Of a DNA stretch of 64,000 nt, positions 25,803 to 40,075 are shown piece after piece; the stretch's first letter is position 1; each line of letters begins with the position of its first letter. The stretch is from Antechinus flavipes. Taxonomy: Eukaryota. Both the position numbers and the translations under genes were made by a program. The DNA is taken from the NCBI RefSeq assembly GCF_016432865.1, contig NC_067398.1, positions 229,586,001 to 229,650,000 on the forward strand, in the 5' to 3' direction. The notes under the pieces are model-generated. The model was not told the origin of the DNA. It did no database searches and worked only from the letters and a program-made list of their open reading frames with translations.

Positions 25803-25940
25803 TTCCTTTTTTTGGCAAGGCAATTGGGGTTAAGTGACTTGCACAGAGTCACACAGCTATTGTTAAATCAGATTGGATTTGAACTCAGGACCACGTGAAT
25901 TCAGAGCTGATACTCTATCCACTCTGCCCCTAGCTACCCC
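25803..25940 (-). mobile_element. WSINE1-like SINE
   Basis: T-tail followed by ggcaattggggttaagtgacttgc...gatttgaactcagg...tagctacccc, the reverse complement of the family consensus. Confidence 0.85.
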
Positions 25941-28900
25941 TAAACTCTTCCTTTTGAAAATTAAAGCTTTTTATTTTTGAAAACATATGCATGGATATAC
26001 TTTACTTTCTAAGCAAAGTATAGTGCTTAGGCATAACTATGCTTAGACTATCCTCTTTCATAAAACTTTTCCTGACAACCATCCCACAAGTGATAATGAT
26101 CTGTCTCCTCAAAGTAGTACTGGAACAGAGAGAAATCAGCGCTTATAACACTGTCCCTTGTGTCATGATTATTTTTATATATATCCTCAAGAGGAAGGTC
26201 TATATATAATGCTGTATCTTCAGTTCTGTGGCTTGGTCATAGGTCTTTAACATATTAACATTTGTTGAATGAATTGCAGAATCCTAGAATTAAAGGAAAT
26301 ATCAGCGATCTAGATTATCCCTGACAGCCTTTGATTGAATACATCAAGTGCTGAAGGAATTCACTGTCTCTCAAGGCAGCCCAATTCATTGGTGGATAGC
26401 TCCATTGATTTGACTGTTTTTCTTTATAGTGAAACCTCCTTGTATCCTAGTTTTTCCTTATATATAACAAGTCTGTGCTTTCTTCAGCGTGATAATCTTA
26501 AGAGATTTAAGAATATGACCAAGTGCTACCTTTCCACCACAACCAAAAATTTTCTTTTTCAAGAGAAATATGTCTGCTTTCTTTAACGTCTCTTATCTGA
26601 CAACCAGTTCTAATAATTTATAACTCAAAAATCCTTACACACATGTGTACATATATATGTATGTGTTCTTAAACCTTACGATGTGCTCCTTGAGAATAAA
26701 AACTTTTTTACTTCTATATCCCATCATAAACACAATGAAAATCATCATGTAGTAGTTTCTCAACAGGAGTCCAAATTAATACACAATAATAACTTTATTC
26801 TAATTTACTCAATCTATATGATTTTGCTAGGCTGTTTGTTTTCCAGAAATAGGCTCACTTTACTGCCTCTCTTAAAATCGTCACTACTGTTCATCTGAGT
26901 CAGCATCCATCTCTCCCAAGTATCAACAATGTGGGCTGGCTGTCATTATTTCCCTAAAAGATAAAGGAAAGCAAAAGTCCTCTAGCGTTCCATGACCTCC
27001 ATCTCTCTACACACTGAGTCTCTCCCCCAGGTGGCTAATTAGTGAATTTAAGTGTAGGAAATCAGAGAACTGGGGGAAAAGAACCCTAGGCTAGGCACAA
27101 TGGTGACATTCAAAAAGTTTCTAAGAGAAAAAAAACTGATCGGAATTTAGATTTTGTTAGCAAGGTAGGAATATAATGATTCATTTCTGGCTAGCTTAGG
27201 TCAGTCCCCTGAGAGTCAAAAATTGACAATGAACCATACATCACAAGCCATATTTTAGGAGGTGGGCTGCAGGTTAATCTGCTCCTTCCGTCTCCTTGGC
27301 AATCAGTATCAGGTAGGAGGTGAGAGTGAGAGGGTGGAAGAAATCCTCCTATTTCTCTGCTTCCAGCTATAAGCATCACTCTGGCATCTGACTACTAGTG
27401 ATGGAGAAGCTGCCAATCAATCCCTGTTAACAAGGAAGGTCATTACTGCTGACAGCCAGCAACTGGGTTTTTACTTCCTTTTGTAAGTTTCATTCAGTAT
27501 AAAATATACTAAGAAAAAAAATTAAAAGAGAGTAGAAAGTAAAGGAAGAGGGTCCAATAGGTGCATTTAAAAATGTTAATTGTGAAGCTTCAATAACAAC
27601 AGACTGGAGAGGGGAGATACTGGGGGAAAAGGACTATTAAGAGACTATTGGAAAAGTCAAGGCCAGAGGTACAGAACTAAACCAGGATGTTGGCTACATG
27701 AGCAAACAGTGAGTGCAAGAGAAGGGCTGATAAAAAGGGGGCCAGGAGCCAAGATCTAGAACTACAAGAAACCTTTGTGGCTAGGTTAATCTCATTTTGC
27801 AAATGAGAATCAGGTGAATGAACCCATGTGCCCTATCACCAGAGCCAACGAACATTGTTGTTATTCAGTCATGTCTCTCTGTGTGTGACCCCAACAAAAG
27901 AGTAAGGTAAAGCTGGATGGGAATGAAAATGTGAAAAAGGAAGCACAAGACAAAATGTTTTGCCTTGAATTAGAGATGAGAGGAGTAAAAGTTAGAGGAA
28001 TGTGCCTGTCATCTATTCAGATGTCCCATAATATTCCTGTGATAATGGAACACAAGACATCCATGGTGTGGATTGTTATTCCTGATAAGTTAGGCAAAGA
28101 GGCAATAGGGAGCTGCAATTGGATATATTGCTCAGTAAATCCTTCATAATCAGTTAATCAGGGCTGGACTCTAATCTCCTTCAGAATCAATGACAGGATC
28201 TCATTCCAAGATGTCAAAGCATTAGAAACAAATTAAATATACTCTACATGTAAAATCTGCACTTGGGTTCTGTTTCTGAGTAAATAATAGCAAAGGTCCT
28301 CTAAATACTTCTGTTTCCCAGTGAAAATAATGGCTTATCAAGTTATAGACTTACAAATATAAATCAACAAATTGGTCATAATATCATATAAAGATTACAA
28401 TCAACAATTGAGTGAGTGGTGGTTGTTTTTTTGGTGGATTGTCTGGTTCCAGGATTTGAAATTGTATGGGAATCTTAGAGATGTCCTCTTTATAAATGAA
28501 GAAAGAGTTAAATCATTTCTCCAAGGTAACATAAAAATAGGAGAGTTAGGATTCAAACATGGGTACTCTAAATTAATGTTTTTTTAATGATCAACTCTAG
28601 TAAATGGATTTGTGGTGGAGGAGGCTGAGGAAAAAAATAGCCTAGTGAAGTTTGGGATGGCATGAAGCTTTCAATTCTTCTTCTTAAGTTCTTCTCCTGT
28701 TACTCATGAAATTTTAAAAACCAGTTTTATATTCCTGTATCTTGTTGTTAAGGGAAGTTAGTATTATTTAGAAAACATGTTTATTATATTTGTATCCTAA
28801 GGCTTAGCAGCATAGTGCCTGCCACATAGAAAGCACTTAACAAATACTTTATTATTAACCTTATGAAGCAAACTAATTCCCTAAAAGAGATTATGAAAAG

Positions 28901-29564
28901 TTCAACAACAGTGGAGGAAGAGCGAAAACAATTTATAATGACAGCATCTTATTATAAAATATATTCATTTTGGGATATTTAAACTTCATAATGAATAAAT
29001 ATTACTTTTTGTAAAAAAAAAATTGACAGTAATGCAAAACTTTAATAATACAAAAACTTCTTAAAGGAAACTATTTCCTTATTGTCTTAAAAACATCTTT
29101 GTCTTGGTTCATGGTGTAGAGGTCCTGATAGAAAGAAGGATGGCATCCTTGCTCAGATATGTGGAATAATCTTGTTCTTTAATTATTTGTTGTTCAATGG
29201 CACTGCCAGAGAGAGGATCCAGGTTTACAGGTACTGCAAGAGCTGATCCAGAGAAGATGCTGTTATATGTCTATAAAAAAAGAAATTCAAATGTCTTCCA
29301 GAGGTTATTGCCAATGGATAAACCATGGCCCTGGGACAGTAGGATGGAAGATGATGTTGCTACTCCCATATCCAATTCCTTTTTTTGCATGATTAGCATG
29401 CAAAATGGTGGGAGTTAGCAGTGATCACAGCCATAGGTAATTATTTAAGTTACCAGCACTTGTCCAGAAACAAGTGAGAAATATCTTATGGCTCTTAGGG
29501 GGAAAAAAAAAAAAAAAAAAAGCTCTAGCTTGGAAATTCTGAGCATATCTCTTTTCTAAGGGCA

Positions 29565-29815
29565 GTTGGTGAAGTTGTGGATAAAGTGCTAGGCCTGGAC
29601 TAATCAAGACTCACATTCTTGAGTTTAAATATGGCCTCAGACCCTGAACCAGTTGTGTGCCCTTGGGCAAGTCGCTCCAGTGTATTTGCCTCAGTTTCCT
29701 TATCTTAAAAAAAACTGGAGGAAAGGGCAAATCATTCCAGTGTTCCTGTCAAGAAAACCCCAAATGAATTCACAAAGAGTCAGATATGATTGAAAGTGAA
29801 TGAACGAACAACAAA
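29565..29815 (+). mobile_element. MIR/Mar1-type SINE
   Basis: gagtttaaatatggcctcagac...ttgcctcagtttcctt...aagaaaaccccaaatg. Confidence 0.75.
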
Positions 29816-30704
29816 TTTCTTTCTAATATCTTGGGTGTGGTTGCCCGGAAAGGCACTGAAAACAAGCAAGAAGAACGAGGCAGATGGATGGGTCATTTGT
29901 TCCACTTAGTTTGTACACTGCTGGGAATATGGTCAGGTTATATAAGATGAACTCAATAATACAAAATATGGGTACTGGTAAGGAAGGAAGCTGTTACAAT
30001 TTCCTCACAGTTGACTCTTCAAAAAGCAGCACTTTATTGAGAAATAATTGGACAAATAGGATTGACTGGCTAGAAGCAAGCCAATTGTACTATAAACAGC
30101 CAAATCAGGAAATAAAGTTTTATAACAACAGTAATATACAAAGGTTTCTTCCATCCACTGTCTTCCAACAAGGCCAATAAGACCATTTTCATAACTGCTT
30201 CCCGTTTGCCAACCAAAATCAATTACTCAAATCCAGAATCAGAATTGAGGGCAAGAGAGACACTAGTCTTATCTAGTGGATCAAGCTCTTAGCAAACTTA
30301 GCAATCTGGAAAGAAATTGAGGCCCTTTCTCTTCCTTACATATGGATATAATAACTATCCTAGAGTCTATTCAAGCAAGGATTGTCCTGAATTGAAAAAC
30401 AAATGTACATATTTTTGTATGTATTTTTAAAATTTTATCACAATTACTTCTCATAGAAACTTCAACATTTTAATAATAAACAATAAATTAATCTTTCAAA
30501 TCATAGAGTATCAATTTCCAATAGTACACATTTTTGAACTATAACACTAAAGGAGGCTTTTTCAACTTGCAACAGTATAGAGGAGAACTATTCTACCATT
30601 AAAAAAGCTTATATCCTAACTGGTAAAACAAAATTAAGGCACCCAAAACAACCAAGAATTAAAAATCCCATCCTACATAGTCCAAATCACTGGAATTTAA
30701 GGTA

Positions 30705-31095
30705 TCAATTCTCATGGATATGGCTCTTTTCAACAATGAGATTATTCAGGCCACTTCCAATGATCTTGTGATAAAGAGAGCCATTTGCACCCAGACAGAG
30801 GACTATGAGGACTGAGTATGTACCACAATATAGCATTTTCACTCTTTTTGTTGTTGTTTGCTTGCATTTTGTTTTCATTCTTTTTTTTTTTGATTTGATC
30901 TCATGTTGCTTTGATTTTTCTTGTGCAGCACGATAATTGTGGAAATATGGACAGAAGAATTGCACATGTTTAATGTGTACTGAAATATTTGCCGTTTGGG
31001 GGAGCGGGTGGGAAAACATTTGGAACACAAGGTTTTGCAAGGGTGAATGTTGAAAATTATTCATATGTGTTTTGGAAATAAAAAGCAACAGAATA
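30705..31095 (+). mobile_element. L1 3' UTR fragment
   Basis: ggctcttttcaacaatgag...acaaggttttgcaagggtgaatgttgaaaattat...aataaaa; same 3' UTR type as at 63590-64000. Confidence 0.8.
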
Positions 31096-31334
31096 AAGAG
31101 GGAAAAAAGCAAATCAGAAGATTAGCCAGAAGGAAAAACTGAAGAAGTCAGTTTCTGCCACTTACTCCCTGTGTGAATATGGGCAATTTATTTCCCTTTC
31201 CCAGTCTTTCTTTATCTGTACAATCAGAAGTTCAAATTAAAAGATCTTAAAGATACCTTCTCAGGACATGACAAGACACTGAACCTGTTCCAACTTCATC
31301 TTTGTCATATTCAAAAATTCTTCCCAACTGTAAC

Positions 31335-32335
31335 AAAATAAACTAGATGAACTGGTGCAAAGTGAAGTGAGCACAACAAAGAGTAGCACATTTGCAGCAA
31401 CACTGCACAATGATCAACTATGACTGATTTAACTAGCTTCTACAAGACAACAACTATCTACGATGACTCATGGTAGAAAATGCCATCCACATGCAAAAAA
31501 GTGATGGGAGTCTGAATGCATATTAAATCTTATTGCTTTCACTTTGTTTTGCTTTTTCATGGTTTTTCTGTTTTGGTATGTTTCTTCTTTTACAAATTGA
31601 TTAATATAGAAATGTTTTACATGATTATACCTATATAATCTTTTTAAAATTCTTAACCTTTTGAGAGAGGGAAGAAGAGAAGGAAAAAAAAACTTAGAAC
31701 TAAAATTTTTGTTGTTGCTTTTTAAATAGTACTTTGTTTTTCAAATGCATGGAAAGGTAATTTTCAACATTTACCTTTTTAAAACTTTATGTTTTAAATT
31801 TTTCTTCCTCTCCTTCTCCCTTACTAAGACAGGAAGCAATCCAATATAGGTTAAACTTGCACAATTCTTCTAAACATATTTCCATATTCATTACGCTAGA
31901 CATACAAAAATCAAAGAGGAAAAAAAACAAAAAAATTAAAATACTATGTGTTGATCCACATATAGTTTTCATAGACCTTTACATCCCAAGGCTATAGGAA
32001 TTGCCTTGAATCACCTCTTTCTTGAAGAGTCAAATCCATCACAGTGGATCACATAATCTTACTATTGCTATGTACAAAGTCCACTCACTTTACTCGGCAT
32101 CAGTTCATATCAAGCCTTTTTAGGCTTTTCTGAAATCAGCCTGTTTATCATTTCTTATAGAACAACAATATTCCATTACATTCATATACCTTAACTTATT
32201 CAGCCATCCCCCAATTGACGGGCATTCATTCAGTTTCCAGTTCCTTGACATCACAAAAAAGGGCTGCTACATTTTATATAAGTCCGTCCTTTTCCTTGTT
32301 TTATGATCTATTTAGGATACAGACTTTTTCTTTTT
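31335..32335. mobile_element. Two tail-to-tail L1 3' fragments (plus about 31335-31720, minus about 31725-32335)
   Basis: The plus piece carries gaactggtgcaaagtgaagtgagc; the minus piece carries ccattacattcatataccttaacttattcagccatccccaattg. Confidence 0.7.
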
Positions 32336-35155
32336 TTAAAGATGAATGCTAAAAACATGTAATTAATTACAGAAAAAAAACAAACTAAAAAAAAAATCAA
32401 TAACAAAAAATCACAAAGTGATCCATAATCAACCTGGGGGTTCTCTCTCACTCCCTACAAAAGACTCTATTTTTCAGTCACATAGACACAATATTAAGGA
32501 ACATGAATGTCAGAGTCATCTATTAAAAGCAGAACAGAAAAGAACTTTTAGATTTGCACTTTGTTGGCAAAAAAGAGAACGGTGAGCTCTGGAAACTAGA
32601 TCCTAATCCCCACCTCCACTGGTTGCACCAAGTCCTACTGTGACAGAGAATGTTCTGTAATAGCACTTTGGACATGAGAGAATGTTGTTGCCTGTGGAAA
32701 GAATTCAGCTTAAAACTCTCTGGCACGGATTTATTTTAGCATAATTATTACACCTTGATCAAAAGATAGCCTTACTTACATAACAGAATAAAACAGTGCG
32801 TTGAGGATTCCCTTAATAGAACTGACTCATATAAGGGACTTCACACTCAGTTCTTCTGAATACCAGGGAACCCTCTCCCTAGACCTATCTTTCCTTACTC
32901 CATTCCTGGGGGTGGGAAAGACTGAGAGAGGAGAACATCTTTAATTAAAACCAGGACTGGCTCAATGCTTAGCTTCTTCAGCTAAGATCAACAATGTCTT
33001 GAAACATTCTGTACTTTTTTGGGCACAGAACAATCCTCAAATGTCCAGACACCAGACCATGGTAAGAATGAAGAGAAAGAAACAGGAATCTTAGTGGTCC
33101 ATGGGTGTGAGTCCAAGGCAAATCCTGTGAAAGTAAAATATAGTGAAGCTGGAAGGGGCCCTTTTAGATTATCCAGTTCAAACCTCTCATTTTATGCAGC
33201 AGAATACAGAGACCCCGTCGTCTGAGGAAATATGTTGCCTAAGGTCACAGTTAGTGGAACAAAAAGGGCTAAAGCTCAGATCCCAACTCCCAGCTCAGAC
33301 TTCTGAACACAAGACTAACTCTTCAGGTGTCTTAGGTTATAACCTTGGAATAATATTTACATTTTTAAAACAGAAAGTAGAGACAGGGAAGTGCTTTATT
33401 CAAAGAAAAGCATCAACAGTGGCATAATTCTCAACTTTAAAAATCCTGAGAGGCTGTCTGGTATTACATTATATACCATGGGTCTTACCAACTTCATAGG
33501 ATCTGAGATCATTTTTGAGGGTGCCTGAAACTACAGAAGTACACTTTGTTCTTCCTGCTGCTGCATGGTTACATGTTATGGTCTTAATAACTGAAAAAAT
33601 GAAGGGGAAAAAAATTAGTCACAAAACACTGTTCTGGGCAGGAATATTCTGTGAGGGCAATAGTGGAAACCCGACTCCTTGAGATTTTCAGGCCACCAAT
33701 GAATCTGTTCTATCTGCAGCCTCAGGTGCTGCTTGGGGAGTGTTATCAGTAGCCAAAGACTAGTCACATCACCATTGCTTAAAAAATTTTTACTGAGCGG
33801 AAGCTTGTTATGTTCTTAAGGGAGCCCATTCATTCCACTTTGGGACAATGCTAATGTAGAAGGTTTTTTCCCAATATCAAATCTAAAGTTGCCTTTTGAT
33901 TTAAAAAAACGCTTATTGACTTATCCCATGACACTACCCAAACTCTGAACAAGAAACTAATGAAGTAGCCAGTGTGATAAAAAATTATTTCATGTCCAAA
34001 TTAGAGGAGCAGATATCGTTGAGTTTACCCAAGTAGTACAGAAACAACATCCATTTATGACACAATTACGACACCCAAGGTCCTGCCTCCACCTCTAACC
34101 CCAAGAAGGCAGGACAAGCCCTGCACAGAAAAATAAATGGCCATCTAAACTCAACAGGCTTAAAGGAGATCCAAATCTGAATATATTTCTCTAGTAGCCC
34201 TCAACATTATAGCACTTCTACTTTGAGTTAAGACACTTTGCTCACTGTTAAATGAGTAGATTAAACATTAACCCAGAAGCCTCAATGTGAATAGATTAGT
34301 CCAAATTCAAATACCAAATAACACAGTATCATCTTATGTGGCTTTGAGGAAAATGGATCAGGTTCAATAAATGGAGGAAGTACAGTGCTAAGTAGGTAGA
34401 GTAAGAGATAGGAAGAGAGAGGAAAAATGACAGACAAGTGCTAAGGGTCACCAAAGACAAATTCTGCCCAGAAGAGGAGGCAGGCTTCAAAGCATAGATT
34501 CATTCCAGGGAATGCAGAAAACCTGACAGAACTAGGGGCTAAGTTCAGGCCATATTCTGTTTTGAGAGAGAAGTTTCTAGAAACAGAAAAATGGAACAGA
34601 TGATTTTTTTTGAAGCCCCAATTATTAAATAAGAAAGTTGATGTTCAGATACAAAAGAAAAGATTGCTCAATGACTGATTATATGTTTTTCCTTTGATTT
34701 TATAAGGGAACCCTCTGAAAGACTGTCAAGAGGCAAAGAATGAAACTAATGCTCGGAATGAAGTTTTTCTTTCATCTTTGGATTTTGTTTATTCATGCTA
34801 TTTATCTCTGGCCCAATTAGCACAGACCATAGAGAGCACAGACATTGGAGCAAGGGGGCTGCACTACTTGGTCCCCAGGGTGCTTTTGGCACTTAAGGCT
34901 TGATTACCAGAAAAGAAATAAAAAATAAAATGAAGCAAAATAAAAGAGAACATTTGTCATGTGCTCAACAGAACATCAGGGAAGATTCAAAATATATAAC
35001 AAATTACCAGTTCAGTAGAAGAAATTATATTCATGAAGTGTCCACTTTTTCCTTTACTGCCTTGGAAATTGTTCTTTATTTCTCTCCTGTGTATTTTATT
35101 TACTTTATTCTTTTTTCCCCATTTTATCACTCTCACATCAGCAAGCAAGCTACAG

Positions 35156-35310
35156 NNNNNNNNNNNNNNNNNNNNNNNNNNNNNNNNNNNNNNNNNNNNN
35201 NNNNNNNNNNNNNNNNNNNNNNNNNNNNNNNNNNNNNNNNNNNNNNNNNNNNNNNNNNNNNNNNNNNNNNNNNNNNNNNNNNNNNNNNNNNNNNNNNNNN
35301 NNNNNNNNNN
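35156..35310. other. Assembly gap (155 N)
   Basis: Run of N; ORFs called across it are artefacts. Confidence 1.
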
Positions 35311-36279
35311 CTGCCTCTTTAATTAAATTTTGCTCCATAACTTGTCTTGCTCTATTTATTACTTAACCCCGTCCAAACCGAGGATTCCTCTCTTGTCTTT
35401 TTCCATCACCCTTTGCTTCCCCAGCTGCCCATCCCTCCCATCTTATTTCTTTAACAATTTTAAACAGTGCTATACCTCTCGTGATAAATATGTAGTATTG
35501 CCTATTAATCATGAGTCTTGATTCTCAAAGAGCAATGTCCTTATCTTGTTTATTCCTCAGATGGCTAGATCTTATCCATTATTAAAAAAAGGTAAAAGGG
35601 CAGGTGTAGTATGAGGGATGAAGATGAAATTTTTATGTTTTAATATTTGGGGTCTCCTGAATGCTCCCTTTCAAAGACTAGATTATACTGATACTTTTTA
35701 CAACACTGACAGTCAATCCTGTGTGTTTGTCTATCTATCCATAAAATGCTATCCCTTTTATTTTACAAAGTAACATTGAAAAATAGAAAAATCATTAGAT
35801 TTGCAGTCTAGGATACCACAATTTAAATCTTGCCTTGAATATCTATTGGCTATGTAATCAGGAGTATGTAGTTCAATCTCTCAAACTCTCAGTTTCTTCA
35901 GCTATTAAATGAGATGAAAAAAATTCTCCTTTGTAATACATTCTGCATCTCCAGTGCAAGTTACAATCTCGACCCTACAGATTCATTGTGTAGAGAGCAT
36001 TTTTGTAAATTTTTATTATATTCATTATAAACTATAATTATTCATTTATACATTTGTACGGATTTATATTTATTCATATATGATAGTTATTATTTAATAC
36101 ATATCCCCTATTTTCTTCCAGGTATTGTACAATTAGAAATTAAAAAAAAAAAACCATTTAATTAAAAAGTGAGTTAGGAAAACACAGCCAATAGGCAGGA
36201 AAAAAAGTGAGGGCTGGGAGATACTCTACATGTGAGGGGGATGTAGAGAAGGCTATTTGAGAAGCAATCAGTGGCTTAC

Positions 36280-36395
36280 CAGTGAGACCTAAGGAAGTTC
36301 AGCAGCAGGACGGTTGTTCCCAGACAGTAGCATGCCACGTAGGGAGAACCAAAAGCCTGGCTCAGTTTGCGTGTTTTGTGTTCCCATCTTGCAAC
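36280..36395 (-). CDS. PEMT: PEMT internal coding exon (equivalent to exon 3 of the human long isoform; numbering from memory)
   Basis: The reverse complement reads ttcttcattctcacatctag|GTTGCAAGATGG...TCTCACTG|gtaagc. It translates [39 protein letters not shown], matching mammalian [26 protein letters not shown]...LRSHC. 116 nt, phase 0 to phase 2. Confidence 0.97.
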
Positions 36396-37379
36396 CTAGA
36401 TGTGAGAATGAAGAAGAAAAGAAAATATTTCAGGAAATCCTACCATGTCATTTTATGTGAACATTTACATAGACTCATCACTATCAATCATCATGTTTAT
36501 TTGTGAAAATAGTTGACAAAAAGATCTCCATCCTGGTAACATAAGTTAATGTTGTTTAGGTGACTTTTAGTTTACAGATAATATTAAAAACTATAGTTTT
36601 TTCCAAACCAGAACAAATTAGAAGAATCAGCTGCTATAGCAAATGTGTTATGTACTGTAAAGAAAAAGAAAGCATGGTCCTTTGGAGAAGAGTTTGTTTT
36701 GTCTCCACTCTTTCTCTGAAACAAATTAACTGCTTATGTAATGTTATAAAGAGGTGGTGGGTGTCAGTATAACTAAACTATTTAGGAATACAGAAATCAT
36801 TTCCAAGTGCTTTAGAATCACCTTTTACATACAGAAATGTACATAAATTACAAATCACATTTATCTCTTAGAACAAGCTAAGGACATTCATTAGACAATA
36901 CTTACTACTACATGTGTCTAAAAGCAAAAAAAAACAAAAAAAACAACAAAAAAAAAAACTGTTCTCTAATTTAGACTTTACATTCATTCAATCTGGTTAT
37001 GGAAAGAGCTCTGGACAAATCTAGATTCCACTTCTTGGCCCATGACTTGCTGCTACAAGACATTGAGCCAGTAACAATAAAGGATCACAGGGCTGGAAGG
37101 CACCTCGGGTCAGCCAGTCCAATTCCAAATCGGATTTAAGAATTCTATTTATTAAGATCTTCAACAATACAGCCTCCATCTAAAGACCCCAGGGAAAACC
37201 TAATAACTCCTGAGGAAGTATCTTCCACACATCTCTAATGACTTCCTTACATATTGAAGCTTTGTTCTCATCTATAAAACCACTTATAATGCTAACGTGA
37301 TAAGGACCATTTGTATTGTTACAAACATGTCTCAGGCTCCACAAATCCAAAACGAGAATTCATTTTTCTTTTCAAACAC

Positions 37380-38010
37380 AACCATTTTTCTAATTTTTCC
37401 ATCTCTCATGACGGTGCAACCATCCTAACAGTCATCCACATGGGAAATCTTTACTCTCATTATCCAGTTACTAATGTTTCTACATCAGATCCCTTCTCTC
37501 TCATGACCACCTCTCTGATCTTCGTTACTGCATATGTATTGCAATCACTCCTTAATTAACTTCTCTGTCAAGTCTCTTCCTTCGCCAAATTTATCTTCCA
37601 CATAGGCTCCAAAGTGATGTTCATAAAGCAAAGGAACATTTCCTTGATCAAGAAGCAAAAGCAGAGCTAGAATAAAACATAATTCCTCTATTGGCATTTA
37701 AAGCCTTTCTAAAAGTTTTGCCTCTGCCTTTTCATGCTTAGTGAACATTATTCTCTACTTTATTTTCCAACCAGACTAGTTCACATTATATTCCTCATAC
37801 ATGATATTCCATCTCTTGTCTCTACCTCCCCCCATCGATCTTGTATTACTGAAAAACACTCCTTTATCTTTATTTGGATTCCTTCAAATTTAATCTCAAA
37901 TGTAATATCCTACATGAAGCTACTTCTTATTCTCATCAAAAGACAGTACTTACCCCCCAAATTACTCTGCATCCACTTATGTTACTTCCTCTTTCCACCA
38001 TCAAACTGGA
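37380..38010 (+). mobile_element. L2 3' region relic
   Basis: Pyrimidine-rich decayed L2 3' sequence (tggcatttaaagccttt...cttcaaattt..tctcaaatg...tacatgaagc). Confidence 0.55.
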
Positions 38011-38139
38011 TAGAGTACTGAGCCTGGAGTTAGGAACTGAGTTCATATATGGCCCTCTTTATTAGCTATGTAATTATGAGCAAATAACTCTTGACACAAA
38101 TTTACTAATATCCACGTTGCTTATTATTCTTATAATAAA

Positions 38140-38770
38140 TCAATTTTTGTTTTTTATATCATTTTTTCAAATGCATGCAAAGATAGTTCTCAACATTCAC
38201 CTTTGCAAAACCTTGTGTTCCAAATTTTTCACCCTCTTTCCCCACTTAACCCTCTCCAAGATAGCAAGCAATCTATGTTAAACATGTGCAATTCTTCTAA
38301 ATGTATTTCCATGTTAGTTATGCTGCACAAGAAAAATCAGATTAAAAAGGAAAAAAAGAGAAAGAAAAAACCAAGCAAACAATAACAAAAAACAAAAAAA
38401 GGTGAAAATACCATGCTTTGGTGCACATTCAGTTTCCATAGTTCTGTCTCTGGATAGGGATGTCAATTTCCAAATCTACTGGAATTGCTTTGAATCACTT
38501 CATTGTTTAAAAGAGCCAAATCTATCAGTTGATCATCACATAATCTTGTTATATTGTGTACCAAGTTCTGCTGGTTCAGCAAAAATTCCTGAATCTTTGA
38601 AGGTTTTTCTGAAATTGGTCTGCTCACTATTTCTAATAGGACAATATTCTTCCATTACAATCATTTACCATAACTTATTCAGCCTTTCCCCAGCTTCTTG
38701 ACACTATAAAAAGGACTGTTAATTTTTCCACATGTGAGTCTTTTCCCCTCTTTTATGTTAGATCAAAGGG
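38140..38770 (-). mobile_element. L1 3' UTR/ORF2-end fragment
   Basis: ctcaacattcacctttgcaaaaccttgtgttccaaattttt is the reverse complement of the L1 terminus seen at 63920. Confidence 0.85.
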
Positions 38771-39849
38771 TATGCTACACAAGTTCCCACAGACTAAATA
38801 TAATAAATATCTTACAACATATGCATTGTCATTTTTTCAAATTTTTAGATGTTCCTGTGATAAATAAAATACAGGCTCACCTGTAAAGCAACAGTGAATT
38901 AGTAAGACCATGATGACTTTTTCAAAAGCAATTATCCCACTGCTGAGAAATAAGCCTGAGAAAATTTGGGAACTACTGTTGTAATGGGAGATCTGTGGCT
39001 GAGCCATCTCTTCCAATAACTAGCTGAACGACTGCCCAGTTCAGATCACATGTTAAATTATACTATGGATGCCTCAGAGGTCATCTCTGAGATGAAAATG
39101 GGAAGAATAAATGCCTTTGAAATTTTGGGTTGAAGAATCAACTAACTGTACAAGTACAGAAATTCTGTCTAGACAAGTTAATATGGAAAAAAAAAATGCA
39201 TCTCACTATTAAATCAAAGGAGTTTAACGCAAAACTTCAAAAACACAAGGAAGGGAAAATTCCCAAACAAAACTATCCAAAAGTGGAAACAAAGGGAGTA
39301 TTGGTTCAAATATGGCTTCCTAATAACTCTAAGCTGCTATGATTCTGTCATAGAGGTAAAATTGAGGTTTTCAGTTGTTTCTGTCCACCATTTGTGGTTT
39401 TCTTGGCAAAGACACTAGAGTAGTTTGCAATTTCCATCTCCTATTCAATTTACAGATGAGGAAACTGAGGTAAGAGGCTTAAGTGACTTACCTGGGAGCT
39501 AGTAACTAGAGAAGATTTGGATTTTTTCCTGACTCATACCTGGCATTCTGGTTTAAATTCTGGCTCTGATACTACCTGCAAAACCTTGGGCAAAAGCGCC
39601 TTGAATATGGTCGAAATATACTTTTCCAATATAATTTCTCTCTTCTCATTCAGGTACATCCATCCTTCACTGCCCATAAACAAATCATCATGATTCTTAC
39701 TACTTACATTGTTCATTTCCCCTGCAATATCATTCGCCATCCTATCTATTCAAAGAAAAGGTCTAATCTCATCTCTATGAACCTTACCAAAAGATGTTTA
39801 TGTCTCTAAATATCATTGTAATTAAAAAATAAATAAACTAGAGCACCGT

Positions 39850-40075
39850 TAGGAAAGCTGGATGGCACAGTAATTAGGGTATCACGCCTACAATTAGGAA
39901 GACTTGCCTTCAGCTCTATGACTTTAGCAATTCATTCAACTCTGTCTCAGCTCTCTCATCTGTAAAATAAGCTAGAGAGAAAAATGGCAAACCGTTCCAG
40001 TACCTTTGCCAAGAAAATCCAAAATGGGATAATAAAAAATCGGACATGACAGAAACGAGTGAAAAACAAAAACAT
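39850..40075 (+). mobile_element. MIR/Mar1-type SINE
   Basis: CORE segment plus the aaatggcaaaccgttccagtacctttgccaagaaaatcc tail. Confidence 0.7.

Larger units (their letters stand above)
10219..36279 (-). other. PEMT: PEMT intron of 26,061 nt (phase 2)
   Basis: GT at 36278-36279 and AG at 10219-10220 (minus strand) join the two exons in frame (TG|C = Cys). Confidence 0.85.

Noticed and set aside
29197-29418. 73-aa plus-strand ORF MALPERGSRF...
   Set aside because: There is no recognisable domain, Kozak or splice context, and this length is expected by chance.
34900-35338. Three ORFs spanning 34900-35338
   Set aside because: They are artefacts of the 155-N assembly gap.
38881-38955. 75-nt exon or alternative first exon encoding MVLLIHCCFT
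   Set aside because: It is open only in phase 1, while the next PEMT exon starts in phase 0. In phase 0 it hits TAA, and the peptide is not recognisable.
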